Assembly: GCA_964036045.1 (NCBI GenBank)
Contig: OZ038379.1
Coordinates: 65,286,001-65,350,000 of the forward strand
Source: Eutreptiella sp. 'Long Island Sound 2002'
Lineage: Eukaryota; Protista; Euglenida
Reading direction: 5' to 3'
Length of the DNA: 64,000 nucleotides
The translations under genes and the position numbers were made by a program. The notes below the pieces were generated by a model, which saw only the letters and a list, made by a program, of their open reading frames with translations, made no database searches and had not been told where the DNA came from. Of this stretch, positions 11,814 through 25,900 are shown piece by piece; position 1 is the stretch's first letter; each line of letters begins with the position of its first letter.

Positions 11814-13985
11814 GTAGTATGATTTGCTGGATTGGATGTGGATATGGTTGGTGTATGGGTGGGTATGAATATTCGACCAGGCATGGGAATGGGGCTGGGG
11901 AAGGGGATATGTATTTGAATGTGGAAATCAATGGGAATGAGGCATCAAGGCTGTCCAAGGTCCAGTTGCGCAGTTCATGGAGGGGTGACACTCGGATGTC
12001 CTCGGAGTCCCCCATCCCAAACATGCCCCTCTCCTGGGGAAATCCACAGCCACTGTGTTGAGCCCAAAGGCATTCAGCCCCGCGGATGGGGACCCCCACC
12101 CACCAACCACTCCTTATGCACGGTATTGGGCCGGGGTGGCCGGATGTGAATGTGAGTGTGGATTTGGATCTGTGGATTCATGGATGCAGACGGATGGATG
12201 TGAACATGGGTGTGCATGTGGATATGGTTATGGGTGAGGTTGTGGATGGGGGTGTGCGGAAGGCGCTGGTACCAGACTGGCAATTGCTGGGATGGCGTAT
12301 CAATGGGAACTGATAGATGGAGCTTGGGCCCTGAAGTGAGCCTAACAACTAACCGTAAGCCATTTGGTTGTTGGCCAGGGAGTCCCTGCCTGCCCTTGGA
12401 AGTAAGCTGGCAGGGTCTGCTGCACCATTAGTCAAGGGCAGCGCGAGGCACCCCTGCCGCTTAGCCTGTTGGTGGATCTGCAGCTCACACAGTGCCTAGG
12501 CCATCGTCCTCTAGCCCCCACTTTGGCCTTTAGCAGGTTGGCCCTTGCCCTGGCATGCCCATGCTAGATGAGTGGGGACTGGCACATGACCTGGCGGATG
12601 TAGTGCTCCCCGGGCCCTCTGGTTGTGCCAGGTCTGTATTGGCCTGCTTTATGGCCGGAAGGCAGCCTGGCGGATCAAACGGACCCGGTCCACCAACAGC
12701 CCTTGGACGTGCGGCTTCTGGAGCAAGTGGTATGCCTAGGTGAAGCAGGCAATGGTTGGCCATCTCTAGCGCATTGCCACATAGCATGCATGTGGCATTG
12801 GGCATTGTGTGTTAGTTTGCAACCCGCTCTACTGCGCCCACCATGGTAGATTCTTCATGCTGTAGGTGGTGATATGCCGTTGTTGGTGTGTGTACAAGTA
12901 CCCCACAGGTCCCGAGTTGGTAGTTGACCCCAGCGGTTCTCATTGATCACATGTGAGGGGTAGCTGCATGTTCAACCAGCCACTTACAGAGTGCGTGTTG
13001 GCAGTGGTCGTGGTACAACTCCTCCAAGTCTACGGTGCATGAGCTCTTGAGTAGCTAGCTAAGGTCCACTTCCACGCCGTCCTTGGTTGTGTCAGCTTGC
13101 ACGTTAAAGTTTGTGATCCATAACGGGTTGGTTGCGATGATGATGGTTGGTTGTGCAGGGTTGGATGCTCTTTCCCCGCATGTTAGCATAAAGGAGGTGC
13201 ACACCATCGCCACAACGCCCTCCCTTTTGGTACGTTCACAAGGCCCTAGTGGCACCTCCAAGTGAGGAATGATCCCTCCTAGGTGGCAATTGACGCACAT
13301 GAGAGAGTAATATGAATACCTCCCCCTCCTAGAATATACCTACGTGCCACCTCTTAGGTAGGCTCCTACCCTTTTGTGACTTCACTACCATCATGCCGGC
13401 AATATGGGTGCAAATGTGCCCACAACATGTCTCCCCAAACAGTGTAGCCATGCTTATCCCCACCAAGCTTTTTGCACGAGTTAGGGAATGCTAACCCACA
13501 AATACATCCACAAGGCCTACAAATCACCAACGGTCAAATGCCACAAACACATCATATGCATGTCCCAGTGTGCACCTACCATTGGTGGGTTCCTTAAATC
13601 CACGGAGGCTGGGTCCTAGGCCAAGCTGTTGTCTCATCGTTGGTAAATGCCCTCTTAAAGTGGGTTTGCCAAGATTTGGAGGTCTAAGCTCTTTTTGGGG
13701 ATGCTTAGCAGCACTACAATGCGGCCTACTGGGGGGTTGCGAGGGGGAAGGGTCCCAATGACACTAGCCCTAGTAGAGCACCACTACATTTTCCAACCAT
13801 GATGCCCTGATTTCCTGTGCACCTACCAACTGGTCGTGGAGCATCTTGGTAGGCCCATATGGCTCCTAGGGGCCAAGGGTGCAAGCCCCCGTGATAGCTG
13901 TTAACCACACTCAATGCGCCCCGTACACTTTTTTACCTCTTGTTACATTGCCGCATACTCCTTTTCGGGCCTCTTTTTTCACAAG

Positions 13986-14208
13986 TGGTGCACTTCATTT
14001 CCGTACCCAATACGGTATGGGCCACCGAGACGGTAGTGGTCGAGTAGCCATTTCTCACTTCATCAGGGCGCTTGGCGAAGGAAACCCCGACGAGGGCAGG
14101 GGTCATGGAACCATCATGCTCACTTTTGGGCCATCGAAGGTGGTAGGGGTTAAGAACCTACTTGTGATTTTGTCTTTTCAATAGGGGATATGGATTCGTT
14201 CCACAAAT
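13986..14208 (+). CDS. Candidate exon pair (13986-14139 and 14185-14208) separated by a 45-nt GT-AG intron
   Basis: Pyrimidine-rich acceptor tttttcacaag|, donor aag|gtggta, acceptor ttttcaatag|. The in-frame join reads ...GHGTIMLTFGPSK-GIWIRSTN. No family recognised. Confidence 0.35.
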
Positions 14209-14839
14209 GTTTGTTGTCATGATACATTTTTGTGCTACATTGTTGCATGCTTTTTTTTGTAAGTGAAGCAAGGTGCGGTTCTCTTGGATTACAAATATTC
14301 TACACCCTACTTTGTACCCAAAGCCAAACCCGTGTGCGCCCAAAGCGAAACCTCTAGGGTCCCCGGAAGGATGTTCCAACCACCCCACTTGGCCACCAGC
14401 CTCCCCCTTTTGGACCCGATGCCACAACACGGTGCCATGAGGGAGGAGGAGAACAAGGCGCCTATGCAATCAAATGGACTACCAAACACGTCAGAGCCAG
14501 CGAACTGCAACCAAGCACAAAATGGGAGCAAACAAGCCAAGTAATCGTGACCCTAGACACGGAGGGCGGGAGGCAAGATGGCAAAATAGGGGTGGCAGAA
14601 AGGGTTGACTCAGGGACAAAAATAGGGAATGGAATGGACAAGGGTAGCCAGGACGAAGGGAGGCACAATGGTAGACAAGGGATGGAAGCAAGTGTGGACA
14701 GAGGGGCAACATCCGGCAATGGGATTGGGAAGGGGAGGCACTAGTGGAGGGGGAAGGCCCGCCGCAAATGACACGGGCACGGGGCAACAACGGGTGGAGA
14801 AAAGGGTGGGCACGGGGAGTAGAGGGAAGGGGGCAGGTG

Positions 14840-15180
14840 GATTGCCGGCAGTCTGGTACGTTGGGAACCCGGCGCTCTGTGAGTTGCCCCCAAGATCGGG
14901 GGCCTGTGATTGACCACGGCTAGCCATGGTGGCTAGGGCAGCCCCCACAGAATTTCACTAAACGTTTGTGGATGTGCCGGAGCACGGTAGGGGGGATGGG
15001 GGACAAGCGGCGTTTTTAGGTAGGTTTATGTGCCAAGGGGGGAGAGCCGGGGGGGGGGGGCTTAGGGGTTGAGAAAGTCCCTAATAGGTGGGAAGTTTGG
15101 AATATTGGGTTGGGGGGAGACAAGTGTTGTGGTTGACGAAAAATTTCACGTCCATGGAGGATTTTTTTCTCACCCCCCCC
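14840..15180 (+). repeat. Dispersed repeat homologous to 35590-36030
   Basis: Shared string acccggcg...gatcggggg..tgtgatt..ccacg..agccatggt.gc..gggcagcc..cacagaa...tttaggg..gagaaagtccc...gagacaagt. Confidence 0.75.
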
Positions 15181-18100
15181 CCCCCTAGCCATAGTCTCTT
15201 ACGTTTCGAGATAGCGATGGTGTCAAGAGATCAAGGTGCACAGAATTTTTTTCTTGTGTTGTAATTTTTCGGCATAGTGTACACTAACGCTAATTTCCTT
15301 TTTCCTGCGTCGTGCACGAAGCACTCTAATACTCGCCTTAGGTTACCACCAATTGGGGGGTTCCACCAAGGGGTGCAGGCGCTTGGTGTCCCTGCCGCAC
15401 ATAATTAGTTGCACCCCCACCAACATGCCTTGCTCCTGTTTGTCATACAACCCCCCAAAGTAGCTATGGGTCTCCCGAATGATATCCACACCTATGGCTC
15501 CCGTGTGGCTCATTAGCACCTAGACTATGAAGGAGAAGGTGGTCTACCCAGGTGGTAGGGCCCTCCAACTACCGACGGCTTTCAAGGCCACACTAGACAC
15601 CAACTAGTGGCATGCCTGCTTGCCATTATGTGAGCAACCAATCAAGGATGTCTTGGCGTTTTTAGCCCACCTGAGGACCTTTTTCCAAAAAGTCCTCCGG
15701 GTAGGTCCAGGGTAGTAACACCCAGCACGGGTCCATGGCAAATCCTCAATGGTTGAAGGCCCCAACCTTTGGATATTGATACCTAGGGGGAGCAACAAAG
15801 GGTGTTATACGGGGTTTCGGACATAGTTGGTACTAAGGTACATGACAATTTGGGCTTGGTATTGGAGCGGGCCATGCTCCATGACCATGCCATGGTCATG
15901 CCCTCCTACGAGGTGGATGCGCAGTAGCACAACGGTGGCTTGTATGAGGTGGGTCATGAAAGTTTAGCCGTCAGCTAATCTTTTTTGGGTTCACCAAAAT
16001 TGGTCGTGGTATCCCAATCACACACTAAAGGGCCCGCCACCTCCTCATAGTGTGTGTGCGCAGCGCACAGGCTTGTCGGTGTAGGGGTGCACACGGTTTG
16101 CTGCCCACAAACCAAACAACGGCGTGGTGCACAAACCACCGCAAGGTCCACAGTGCACGTCGTAACGTAGTACCGTTGCCGTTGTGCAATGACCACTTTC
16201 CCGATGCACCTTGTTCTTCCCCTCACGTCCTCCGGTTCTTATTAAGTATTTAGTTGTTACTCTTTTCTTTTTTGCTTGGTGCTTTGGTGCACCACTCCCC
16301 CCATCTTTCATACCCCTTTTAGGCTCTCATCCAAGGCATACATATCTACGACATGTGCTATCCCCTTCTGTTTATCCGACCATTCTGCATGGACCAACCC
16401 CCAAAAGCACTTCTGGAGATGACAGAAGGGTGATTTCCATCGTTCGGTTGATGCCGAACTGAACAGGTACATACTTCCAGATTCCCTAAGAAACCGCGAA
16501 CTATGCGGCATCGTCGAATGCAGCCACAAAGTTGTCTTCCAATTCATGAGGTGCCAAAACACAGCAAGTTGTTTGGCTGCATCGTGGGACACACCACTTC
16601 CATGTTGCTCAAGAATTCCTTGGCAACACCACCAGGCAGAGGCAGAGGAATAGCAAATTGTCCCAAATGTACCATTCGGGGTGAGACTCATGTTTTCCCA
16701 ACAAATCATGTTCCCGTCCATACAAAAACATTTACACCAAACCTCCTTCCCCGTGGTCAAAAGGAATTTTTACCCTGGCTGTTGTGGGGTTTCTCTACAC
16801 GGTTGATTAGTCGTGGGTGCCCATGATTTGTATTGGCAACTGATGTAGCCTTTCCCTACGCGGTTGACCCATCATGGGTGCCCGTAATTTGACATGTAGC
16901 TCGTGTGGCCTTTGCCTTCATGAAAAGAAGGTAAAAGAACGGAATGGTACAAGGAATTTGTTATGTACATCTATGTAGTATCTGCTTGCTATTGTGCCCC
17001 AACACCTCCAACCCCTCCTTACCAACGACAATTCTCCGACGTGAGGGAAATGAACTCTTCAAGTCTGACCGACATGCCCCTTTTTGTGAAATTGAATGTC
17101 GGCTCTACTCGCACAGGATCTTTTCACTATTTTGCTCGATGAAATTCTCACCTTTACACCATGCTCCCCCCTAGCCCGCTCTCAACTCTTCAATGGACAT
17201 GACAAAATCTTTCATTTCTTTTGTTTTTTGGTGGGTTCACTGGCGACCGACCCCTTCTTTGGAAAAGCGGTCTTTGCAGCCCCGGCCTTGTGCGTCTTTG
17301 GATGCCAAGAGGGAGGAAGATCGGCATGCGTACTAGTGTGGTCAGCCACGGGCGTGGACGATAGCCGCTTTTATGTGCAAAAATACCTATTTTTAATCTT
17401 TTTCGGGGTGTTTTCCAGTGCTTTGCTGTGTTTTGTGCTCATTGTGCAAGGCTTAGAAACACCCACTGTGCGGGCAGTCGCCAAATAGATTTTTTGCCCA
17501 ATACATCCCGACCGTCTCTCTTTCGCCGTTCCACAGTGCCACAAGTGTGAGTTGGCACATAGTAGCAACTAGTTCTTTCTCAAGCACACCATGCCTCATA
17601 CGGGACCCAATGGCTGCACACGACGCTAAGAGGTGCAATACGACTACAAGTGCCCCACAACACCGGACAGCAGATTGTGAGGGCACCGGGTCGGTGGTGC
17701 GCGAACCATGTTCCACTCGGAAGAGCCCCACCCACCCAAGTGTTCATCCGTGTCATTGCGCCGCCACATGCACGGTGCATCAACTAGTAGGTAAGCTATG
17801 CTCCATGCACACAGCTACTTCCCCTCTCCAAACCTTCTCCCTATCATCTTCTTGCTTCCCTGCCTCTTTCGGGGGGACAACGGTAGAGCAAATTTAGAAT
17901 GGGACAGAAATTTTGCCTTTTGTGCCTACTTCCCTAACCTAGCAAGTTTTGGGAGAGCCCCGTTAATTTTTGCAGCTCGTTGACGAAGGAGACGAATCGT
18001 TACGGGACGGTGACACTAAGAAGGATACCCACGCATTGGAGTAGCCCAAGCCATCCGTACCGTCTCCACACCCGCCCACAATGTCTCCATCCCTGCCAAG

Positions 18101-18859
18101 CATGGCCACCCCACCACACTGCGTACATATTTTGGGTTTGCCCCCCCCCCCCTCGCCCAAAGGTGTTTGAGACTCCCTCACTCCCCTCATTTATCACTAG
18201 CTTGCCCAACATACATTGTAAGAGTTCCTATTTGGGAGCAATTACGTCCGGGTTAGTCTATGGCACTACTCGCGGGACTATGAGATGTAGGGTCATGTGC
18301 AAGTGTGGAAACATGGCCGGCAGGGCCGGCGGGGTAGGGCAAGGACTCTCTGACCCCCCACAGGGCAACCCACCCATCATGAAACGGGGGTGGAAGAACC
18401 TCCTCGGGCTTGGCAGCGCATTACTTATTTGAGACATTAAGGTTCTTTTCGTCTGCTACATTGTCTGTTGTCACTGTAATGTCTGTTCTCTTTGAATGCG
18501 GTAGCCAGCCATCTCTCATAACTCCAGATCGCATTGCCGTGCAGACCGCGATGTCCTCCCAATTACCGAGGTCGGGATGAATGCCGAGACCATTAATAAG
18601 CAACAATGTGTGGGTTTGAGAGGGGGTTTGCTCCGCGCAATTGCAATTCTCTAGTTTGCATCCAAGCAACTCTGTTTCATACACACCGACGATAGCTCCC
18701 ATTTTTTTATGAACAGCACTGCGGAGCTAGTTTCTCACGACAAAGTATGATAGCATGATAGAAACGATGTTACCCAAAAGTTTGCAAATGGAGGAACTCG
18801 GTGTAACTGATACCCGTGGTCGGATTACCCCTTCGCAACAGCAAATCCGGACAAGATAG

Positions 18860-19633
18860 GTGCGGTGCCACATGCAATTCACCCACTCCCCAGCGGTGTC
18901 TCAACCAACCCCCACCAAGGTTGACATAGGGGAGGAAATAGATTTGAAAGTAATGTGGCAATTTATCAAGGGAGGGAGCGAGGGAGGGGGCTAAACACAA
19001 AAGAAGGCGTGTAGACGCACGAGCAGGTCAATCAATGCATGAAGGATGCGAACGGCACGAGCGCGCCCGGAGTGAAAAATGAGCACCTCATGGAATACAC
19101 CCCAGTGGTGAGCGTCGTGGATGCCAACCGAGGATGGTACCATTATAGGATCCCGCTTGCTGTTGAAGGGCGCATTCTGTGACGATATTAGCGCAAGGAT
19201 CTTGAACACCCACACAATCCCAATTGTGGGAGTGCACGCCCCTCCAGGTGGCTACATCGGTGCCGTGCGCCGCTATGATGATATCCCGAGAGGTTAGTGA
19301 AATTGAGTGGTGCATATTGCAGAAGAGATTGATCCTTCAGTATGCCTCATCTCGCAAGATTGCAAATGCTTGGGAGGGGTAGAAGCCCGGTCAGTAGTGT
19401 CTAGCATAAAGAACGCCCTCCTGCAAGCGGCACGTGCCCACACAAGTTTGACCAATTGGCTTGCCTACGGGAAGCCTGCCGAAGAGGTAGGTGAGTAAGG
19501 CCACGTCATTTCACTACACAGCTGATTGGAACATATTGGGCACTGTATCTGTGCTATCTTTGCTTGCCATACTGCCTGGCAGTATAACGTATTGCGAATC
19601 GTTCATCTGGATGTTCCAAACCCTCTTTCTCTA
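18860..19633 (+). CDS. Candidate cluster of short exons (18860-18949, 19015-19107, 19192-19292, 19323-19486, 19583-19633)
   Basis: Every reading-frame break coincides with a phase-compatible GT..AG pair. The best supported is 19323-19486 (EEIDPSVCLISQDCKCLGGVEARSVVSSIKNALLQAARAHTSLTNWLAYGKPAEE|gtaggt) joining 19583-19633 (YNVLRIVHLDVPNPLSL|gtatag). One implied intron is only 30 nt, so a decayed ORF is an alternative. Confidence 0.35.
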
Positions 19634-20671
19634 GTATAGTGTGTTTGTTTGCATATGAAATGTAATGTTCAACGTTCAGCCCTGCTGCCGAGCCTGCCGC
19701 AACCAAGGCTGCCAGCGTTGTGCCGCGGCATTATGCATTGGGCACACAAGCACACGAGTCCGGCCGGACTTGCGACACTGGGTCATGGAGGTGGTGAGCC
19801 TGTTCCAACTTCGTAGAGAGGGCTGTTGAAGTTCATTGGACATGCACTTTGGCGTCCAATTTTTAGGGGACGCTCACCATTGAAGGTAAACAAGAAGCGG
19901 CGCTTCAAAAGGTCCGAGATTCGGGGATTGTGAGTTGGCCGTTGCAAGTGAGACTTGGGGAGGGGTTGTTTGATTATGCGCTTGGGGGCTATAGCGCAAT
20001 GCGCAAGGCCGAGGGTGTCGTGACGATATAGTGGGGCTGTGAAAAGGAAAGATTGTGGAACAAGTTTGGCGCTCCCACCAAGGAAAGGCAAACGGTGGAA
20101 GGGCCGGCAAGGGACAAGGCCAAGCAGCACAAGGAATCGACTAAGGCACCATTTGCTGCCACAAAGCAGGTTGGTTTGGATGGCATATAGCCTAATGCGG
20201 TGAGTAGGCAGAAGTACACGAAATTTGATCAGCCAAGTAAGGCTGAGCATGCCGCGCAGGTAAGCTGAATTTGCTGCTGCCTCGTTTTTTTTTTGTCAGC
20301 GGTTGGGTGGGCCGCCGTCGGTTTATCGCTCGGTTACGCCCTGCGTCTAGTGCCAAAACCCCTGTTAAGCGGTAGGTCGCCAAGACAACGGGCAGCACTT
20401 GCGAGCCGCCTCCACATAAACTTGACATTTCTGTCATCAAAATTGGAGGCCAACCCTGTTCTTTAAAGGTTCCGCGCTGCCATTGATTTTAGAGGGTGGG
20501 ACATCCGTCAGATATCTCATCCCAAGGTTAATTCCCCTCCAAATTAGTTTTAAGCAATGAGCGCCGCGATGGCTTTTTTGCATGCCACACCTCCCGATCA
20601 GGAGCCTGTGAATATGAACACCCGGAAATTAAAGGCGGGTATCCAAAAATTAAATTTCTTTTTTTGATAAG

Positions 20672-21700
20672 ATGGTGCAAGTGGAGCAAAGGTTGGCTAC
20701 CACACCTCTAGCACCTGTAGCACCTCAAGCTTTAGTCCCACAAGGGCCAGCTCAAGTCTTTCAGCCTCCAAGTGCTCATACCGCCGCGTCGTCAAGCGAC
20801 GATTGGAGTGACAGCCAGGGGCACAAGGATGGAAAACATCAGAAGGACAAGAAAAGAAAAAAAAAGAGGGAGACGAGGGAGAGGGGGGGGGGGGGCACAC
20901 ATCAGCCTTCGGAGGGGGGCATACGGCAGCTGGGGGGGGGGGGGGGTCAAGCGGGAGGAGGGTCAGGAGGTGGTGGTTCAGTAGGAAGTGGAGGGGGGGA
21001 CGGATTATTGGGAGGGTGACGAGGTGGTTGAGGCCCACGCCCCAAAAAAACACCATGTCATCCCCCTCCCCCAATTCCACCTTAGGGCCTTGGCGCCCAC
21101 CTCCTCCACCGCCCGTAAGGCTAGGCTTAGCCCCTCGTCGGCCCACATGTTGTAGGAGCGTTGTGGGGTCCATCAATCCATTTTTTCCCTCTTGCCACAT
21201 GCACATGACCGTGTAATGGGATTTTTGGCACGCCGGATTCGCCGCCATGGCGAAAATCTAGGCACCTGGGGACGGGACGCCGACCAAGATGGGGCCTGCC
21301 CGTGGAGACGTGTGCCCCAAGTGCACCCCTCACCCATGCACCCGAGACGACTAGTTTTAGCAGCTTGGGGGCGCGGAAGTTTGGCGGGGACCCCAATACC
21401 TTTAGGTCCAACAACGGCCATTACTTTGTGTTGCTACAGCACTGGCTCCGGCTCGGTTGGTGCGTGCGTTGGCGCCATGGAAAATTGATGAAGTTTTGCC
21501 ACCACTGGGCAGTTATTCTGCACAACCCTTGGCTTGTGTACGCTCAAGGGTGCGAGGCCACATGTCACGTTATGACCCTTGGCACTTGGGCACCCAAAAC
21601 CCCATTGCCCTTCCCGAAGACCACCGAGCCACATCCGGCAGCCCGAGCCGCGCCCCCGGCGCCGCCCCTGGACAACCGTGTAGACCATCCGTCCACTGAA
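20672..21700 (+). pseudogene. Possible decayed gag-like ORF of a retroelement
   Basis: A Pro/Ala-rich, then SSSDD/KKRKK/Gly-run segment is followed by LGARKFGGDPNTFRS..YF, reminiscent of retrotransposon gag 'P.kFdG' starts. No pol domains or LTRs found nearby. Confidence 0.25.
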
Positions 21701-22989
21701 TGCGGCGTGTTACTCATGAGTCCTGCAATGCAGTGGCAAGCAATGCACTCAAACGGCCCATATGTAGAACATCCGGCCACTTATTGCAACGCATTTCGCA
21801 TGAGCTGTGAGATGCAATGACTAGGCAATAGATAGAGCAAGAATTGTGCATACCCTCTGTCTGCTTCCTGCAAAGTGTTTTTCATGTGCTCTGTAGTGCG
21901 ATGACAAGGCAATACACCAAGAAATCTATGTGCAGACCATCCGGCCACTCAATGCACCACATTTCTCATATGTTCTGCAATGCCATGACCGGGCAATGCA
22001 CCGAGGCCCGAATCTCTGTGCTACTGTGAGCAATCCTTCCAAAACAAGATCCTCTAGTTCACGTGTACTCGGGGCTTTGGAAGGGCCCGAGGTGGATACA
22101 CACCAAGCCAAATTGCATGTGACTCAAGGCGGATTGTCGAACGTACTGTAAAGGTCCGCATCTCTATGGTGCTATGAGCAATCCCACCAAGACAAGTGCT
22201 TGTGGGTAGCCTCTACCTAGGGTTTTGCACCTATGGATAACCTCTTCCTATAGCACAATTATTCATGCATTTGTCGAGTAGCACCAAAAGCCCTTGTTCA
22301 AATCCTAGTTGCCTCTTCGGAGTTATTTAGTATGGTCCACCACCAAAGGGTTGTACATAGCATAGAGCCGTTTTTGCACTGCTTCTTGAGTTCGGGCGGA
22401 TACTTGAGCACACTTTAGAGGCCCGGATCTGTATGCGAATATGTGCCTAGGTTGTGTATGCGAATGAGTGCCTAGATTAATAAAAACAAAGCCGAGTAAC
22501 CTATGAGTTAGGGCGGAAAGTTGCCCACGCTGTTAGGACCCAAAATACACTCTTTTCGTGTTTCACAGACACCACCATGGCTTCCCCATCCAAAATGCAT
22601 TCCCCGTGAAAGGGCTTGATGAATGTATTCCTGGTGGCATATGGTGGGGAAGGGTATGCCCAACTCTTGATGTCCGAGTTGAGCGACAAGGTTTTTGGGG
22701 ACCATCCGGCCGATTGTATCGACTATGATTTGGTCGAAACTGTGAAGGCGTCCGGATGGGGTCACCGCCATTGAAGTGCAAGTGAAGGAGGATGAGAACT
22801 TGTGAGAAAGAACCATTTGTGGTTCAAAATACCAATTGAATTGTGATTGCGTTGGCCTCTATTCCGCAATGGCGAATATCAGTAAAAACTATGTCAAGAA
22901 AACCCGTGTGCAGGTAAAATTTGACCGAACAGGAAATAGTATTTTCAACTATTCGAAAAAATATGTGTACCCGTTGAGGTACGTGTCAT

Positions 22990-25900
22990 CGAGTGACCTT
23001 GTGTGCAAAAATGACATTGTGATACTGCAGGGACCAATGTTGTTATGACTACATCATGGGTTGGTGGATGGGTTGGCGTTGAAAATTGTCCCATGACGTG
23101 TGCCACCCCTGGGGTTTTTCGAAACATTTTTGCTAGCCTAGCAGCTCACCTTGGGAACGACACAATGGTTCACCGCCCAATGGAAAGGAACGGAGCCCCT
23201 TTTTTGTGAAAAACTAGTGCAAACCCAGTAAAAATGACACTCTCAAGCCCCAGTTACCAATGTTGTGAGGACTACATCTCTGACTTGGGAACATTGTTGG
23301 TTTTTTTTGTCTTATGCATGTCGTGCGACACCTGTGAGCATTTGCGGAGCACTTTTGCTAGCCCGGCAGCTGGCCGGCGGGGAGACACAATGGGTGCCCA
23401 ACGGAAAGGATGCAGCCCCTTTTTCGGAACAAAACAAGTCAAAATGGGACAAAAATGACATTATGAAGCCTAAGGGACCAAAGTTGTGAGGATTAGGTCT
23501 CCAAACGGGTAACCCCGTTTCTATTGACACCTTTTCCATGTCCTTCGGCACCTCTTGTTGCTCGTGGAATAGTGTTTGCTTGCCTAGCAGCACAATGGGG
23601 GTACGACAGTATGGTTCTCGGCCCAACGGAAACAACCGAAGGGCATTTTTGCGAGGTATTCTTCTTGGTTTGTGCAGGGTATCATGTCCTCCTAAGGGTC
23701 CCAAGACAAAGACTTCATTGAATTTGCGTTGTGTCCATCTGCACCTGCGGCATCGTTTTGCCCAACACTGCCTGACTTGCCACCATCTCTAGTTTCACCA
23801 CCTGCGTTTTCAAATGGACGCCACAGCCCTAGCCATAGATGCGCTACATGAGGCTTTGTTCTTCACCGGCCAAACCCCTCGTCCCCAGCCGGACCATCAA
23901 AACTAGTTCCCAAGGAACCCCCTGCCCCACCAAGGGGCCACCCTCCAGACCCACTGACGCCCAAGTCCCTTGCATTGATCAAAGAAAACAAAGGCTGCCT
24001 CGTTGTAGCCTTCATCAACGGGATCTACGGTGAGCGTGTGTGTTACTCGTTTGTGTTGGCCAACCCCCAATGCAACCCTCTGCATATGTGGAGGTCCGGA
24101 TAACTCATTTCACGAAGACATTTTTTGTTGCACGGTAAGGAGCGGGTGGCACTTGTGCTAGACATGCTTTGGCCGGTGCGTACCATCGCCCCCGCGAGGA
24201 GACACCACCCCAAGCTAGTGCCGTCCCGGCCACGGCATGCTCATGGTGCAAACCAACACACGCGAGCCCATATTCAGAAGCACCCCCAGCACTCGCTTCT
24301 TCCATGCCGCCGCTGCTTCCGCCACAAGAAGGAGTCCCCAAAGCATCGGTGCCGGACCACCGGAGCACGCCCACAAAGGCCAACGGAATCCAACATGGCC
24401 ACGTGGATGTAAATGATGTCTCTTCTCCTTTGCCACCACCTACGATTCCCCCCATGGAACCACGATCACACTTCCATCCTCATGCTTGCACCCAGCATTC
24501 AATCGTCTCCCACAGTTGCAGCACCCCCCAAACCCTTCTCTCCTAAGCAACGGCACTTCTTCTTCCCCCAAATCCCCAACACCAAGCTCTCCCTCCTCCC
24601 CCTGACCGCCAACACCTGTCACTCCTTCCTCCCCACCTCCGATTGGCTGCCTCACAAGCACTGAAGGACCTAGTGAAGAGACACTTCCACAAATGGGGCT
24701 TTTTAGCACCACATGCCGCCGTCGGGGACAAGTGGTGATGGTTGGTAGTTGGTGGTTCATTAGCTCCTCCTTTTAGCCCCTCCCCTCAGCCTCTCTCTGT
24801 GTGTGTGTGTGTGTGTGTGTGTGTCTTTGTGTGTGTCAAATGAGATCGCCAACAAAATGCTAGGAAACGAAAAATGACGAAGATAAGGGGAGGAGAAGGA
24901 GAGGCACAAGAAGCTTGCCCCGTCGGAGGAGACAAATGAAGGCACTAAAGAAGAAGTAGAAGGAAAAGTCCCAGGGCACCACGTTGCCGCAATGGTGTTT
25001 TTCAACACCACTATTCCCATCAGTGCACCATTTTGGTTTTTTGGTATTTCCGTTGCAGTGTGGATCCTTATCTACGTGATCTTGCCCTCGCGCCTAGTCA
25101 GCCGAGGCAGCAAAAACGTCCCCCGGGGGGGGGGGGGGGTGGCCCCTCGTGGAGTTATGTAATCCTATTGTCAATGTCGCTCTTCAAGGACCCTTGTGTA
25201 TAATAATGCCCCGCACATTCCGCTAGCGGGGCTTCAGCCTGCGGTCTACGGTTTACACGGCAGGGCCACCATATATATATTTATAGGTATAGCCGCTGAC
25301 ATACACACACACACATATGTATATAGCCGCTGAGGCGGGTGTCACCGAGTGACCTTGTGTGCAAAAATGACAGTGCAGGGACCAATGTTGTTATGACTAC
25401 ATCGTGGGCTGGTGGCTGGGCTGGCGTTAAAAATTGACCCATGATGTGTGGCATCTCCGAGTTTTTTCGGAACATTTTTCGTGGCCTAGTAGCTCACCCT
25501 GGGGACGACACACTGGTTCACCGCCCAACAGAAAGCACCGGAGCCCTTTTTTTTGTGGCTAGCCTAGTGGCTCACCCGGGGGACGACACAATGGTTCACC
25601 GCCCAACGGAAAGGACCAGGGCCCCTTTTTTGTGAAAAACAAGTGCCATCCTAGTCAAAATGACATTCTGAAGCCCGAGTTACCAATTGTTTGAGGACTA
25701 CATCTCTGCTTTGGGAACATTGTTTATTTTTTTTCTTCTGCACCTTGTGCAACACCTCTGAGCATTTGCGGAGCACGTTTGCTGGCTTAGCAGCTTGCGG
25801 GGGGGAAGACACAATGGGTCACGGCCCAACGGAAAGGACAGAGCCCCCCTTTCGGAACAAAACAAGTCAAAATGGGACCAAAATGACATTATGGAGCCTA

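Noticed and set aside
15500-18700. Several protein-like frame fragments (e.g. QKGDFHRSVDAELNRYILPDSLRNRELCGIVEC; PALCVFGCQEGGRSACVLVWSATGVDDSRF)
   Set aside because: I could not link them into a consistent exon chain or assign a family, so they are not reported as features.
19100-19290. VVDANRGWYHYRIPL and RRYDDI as RT motifs A and C
   Set aside because: The spacing is too short, there is no QG motif, and YxDD is not matched. A spliced-exon interpretation fits better.
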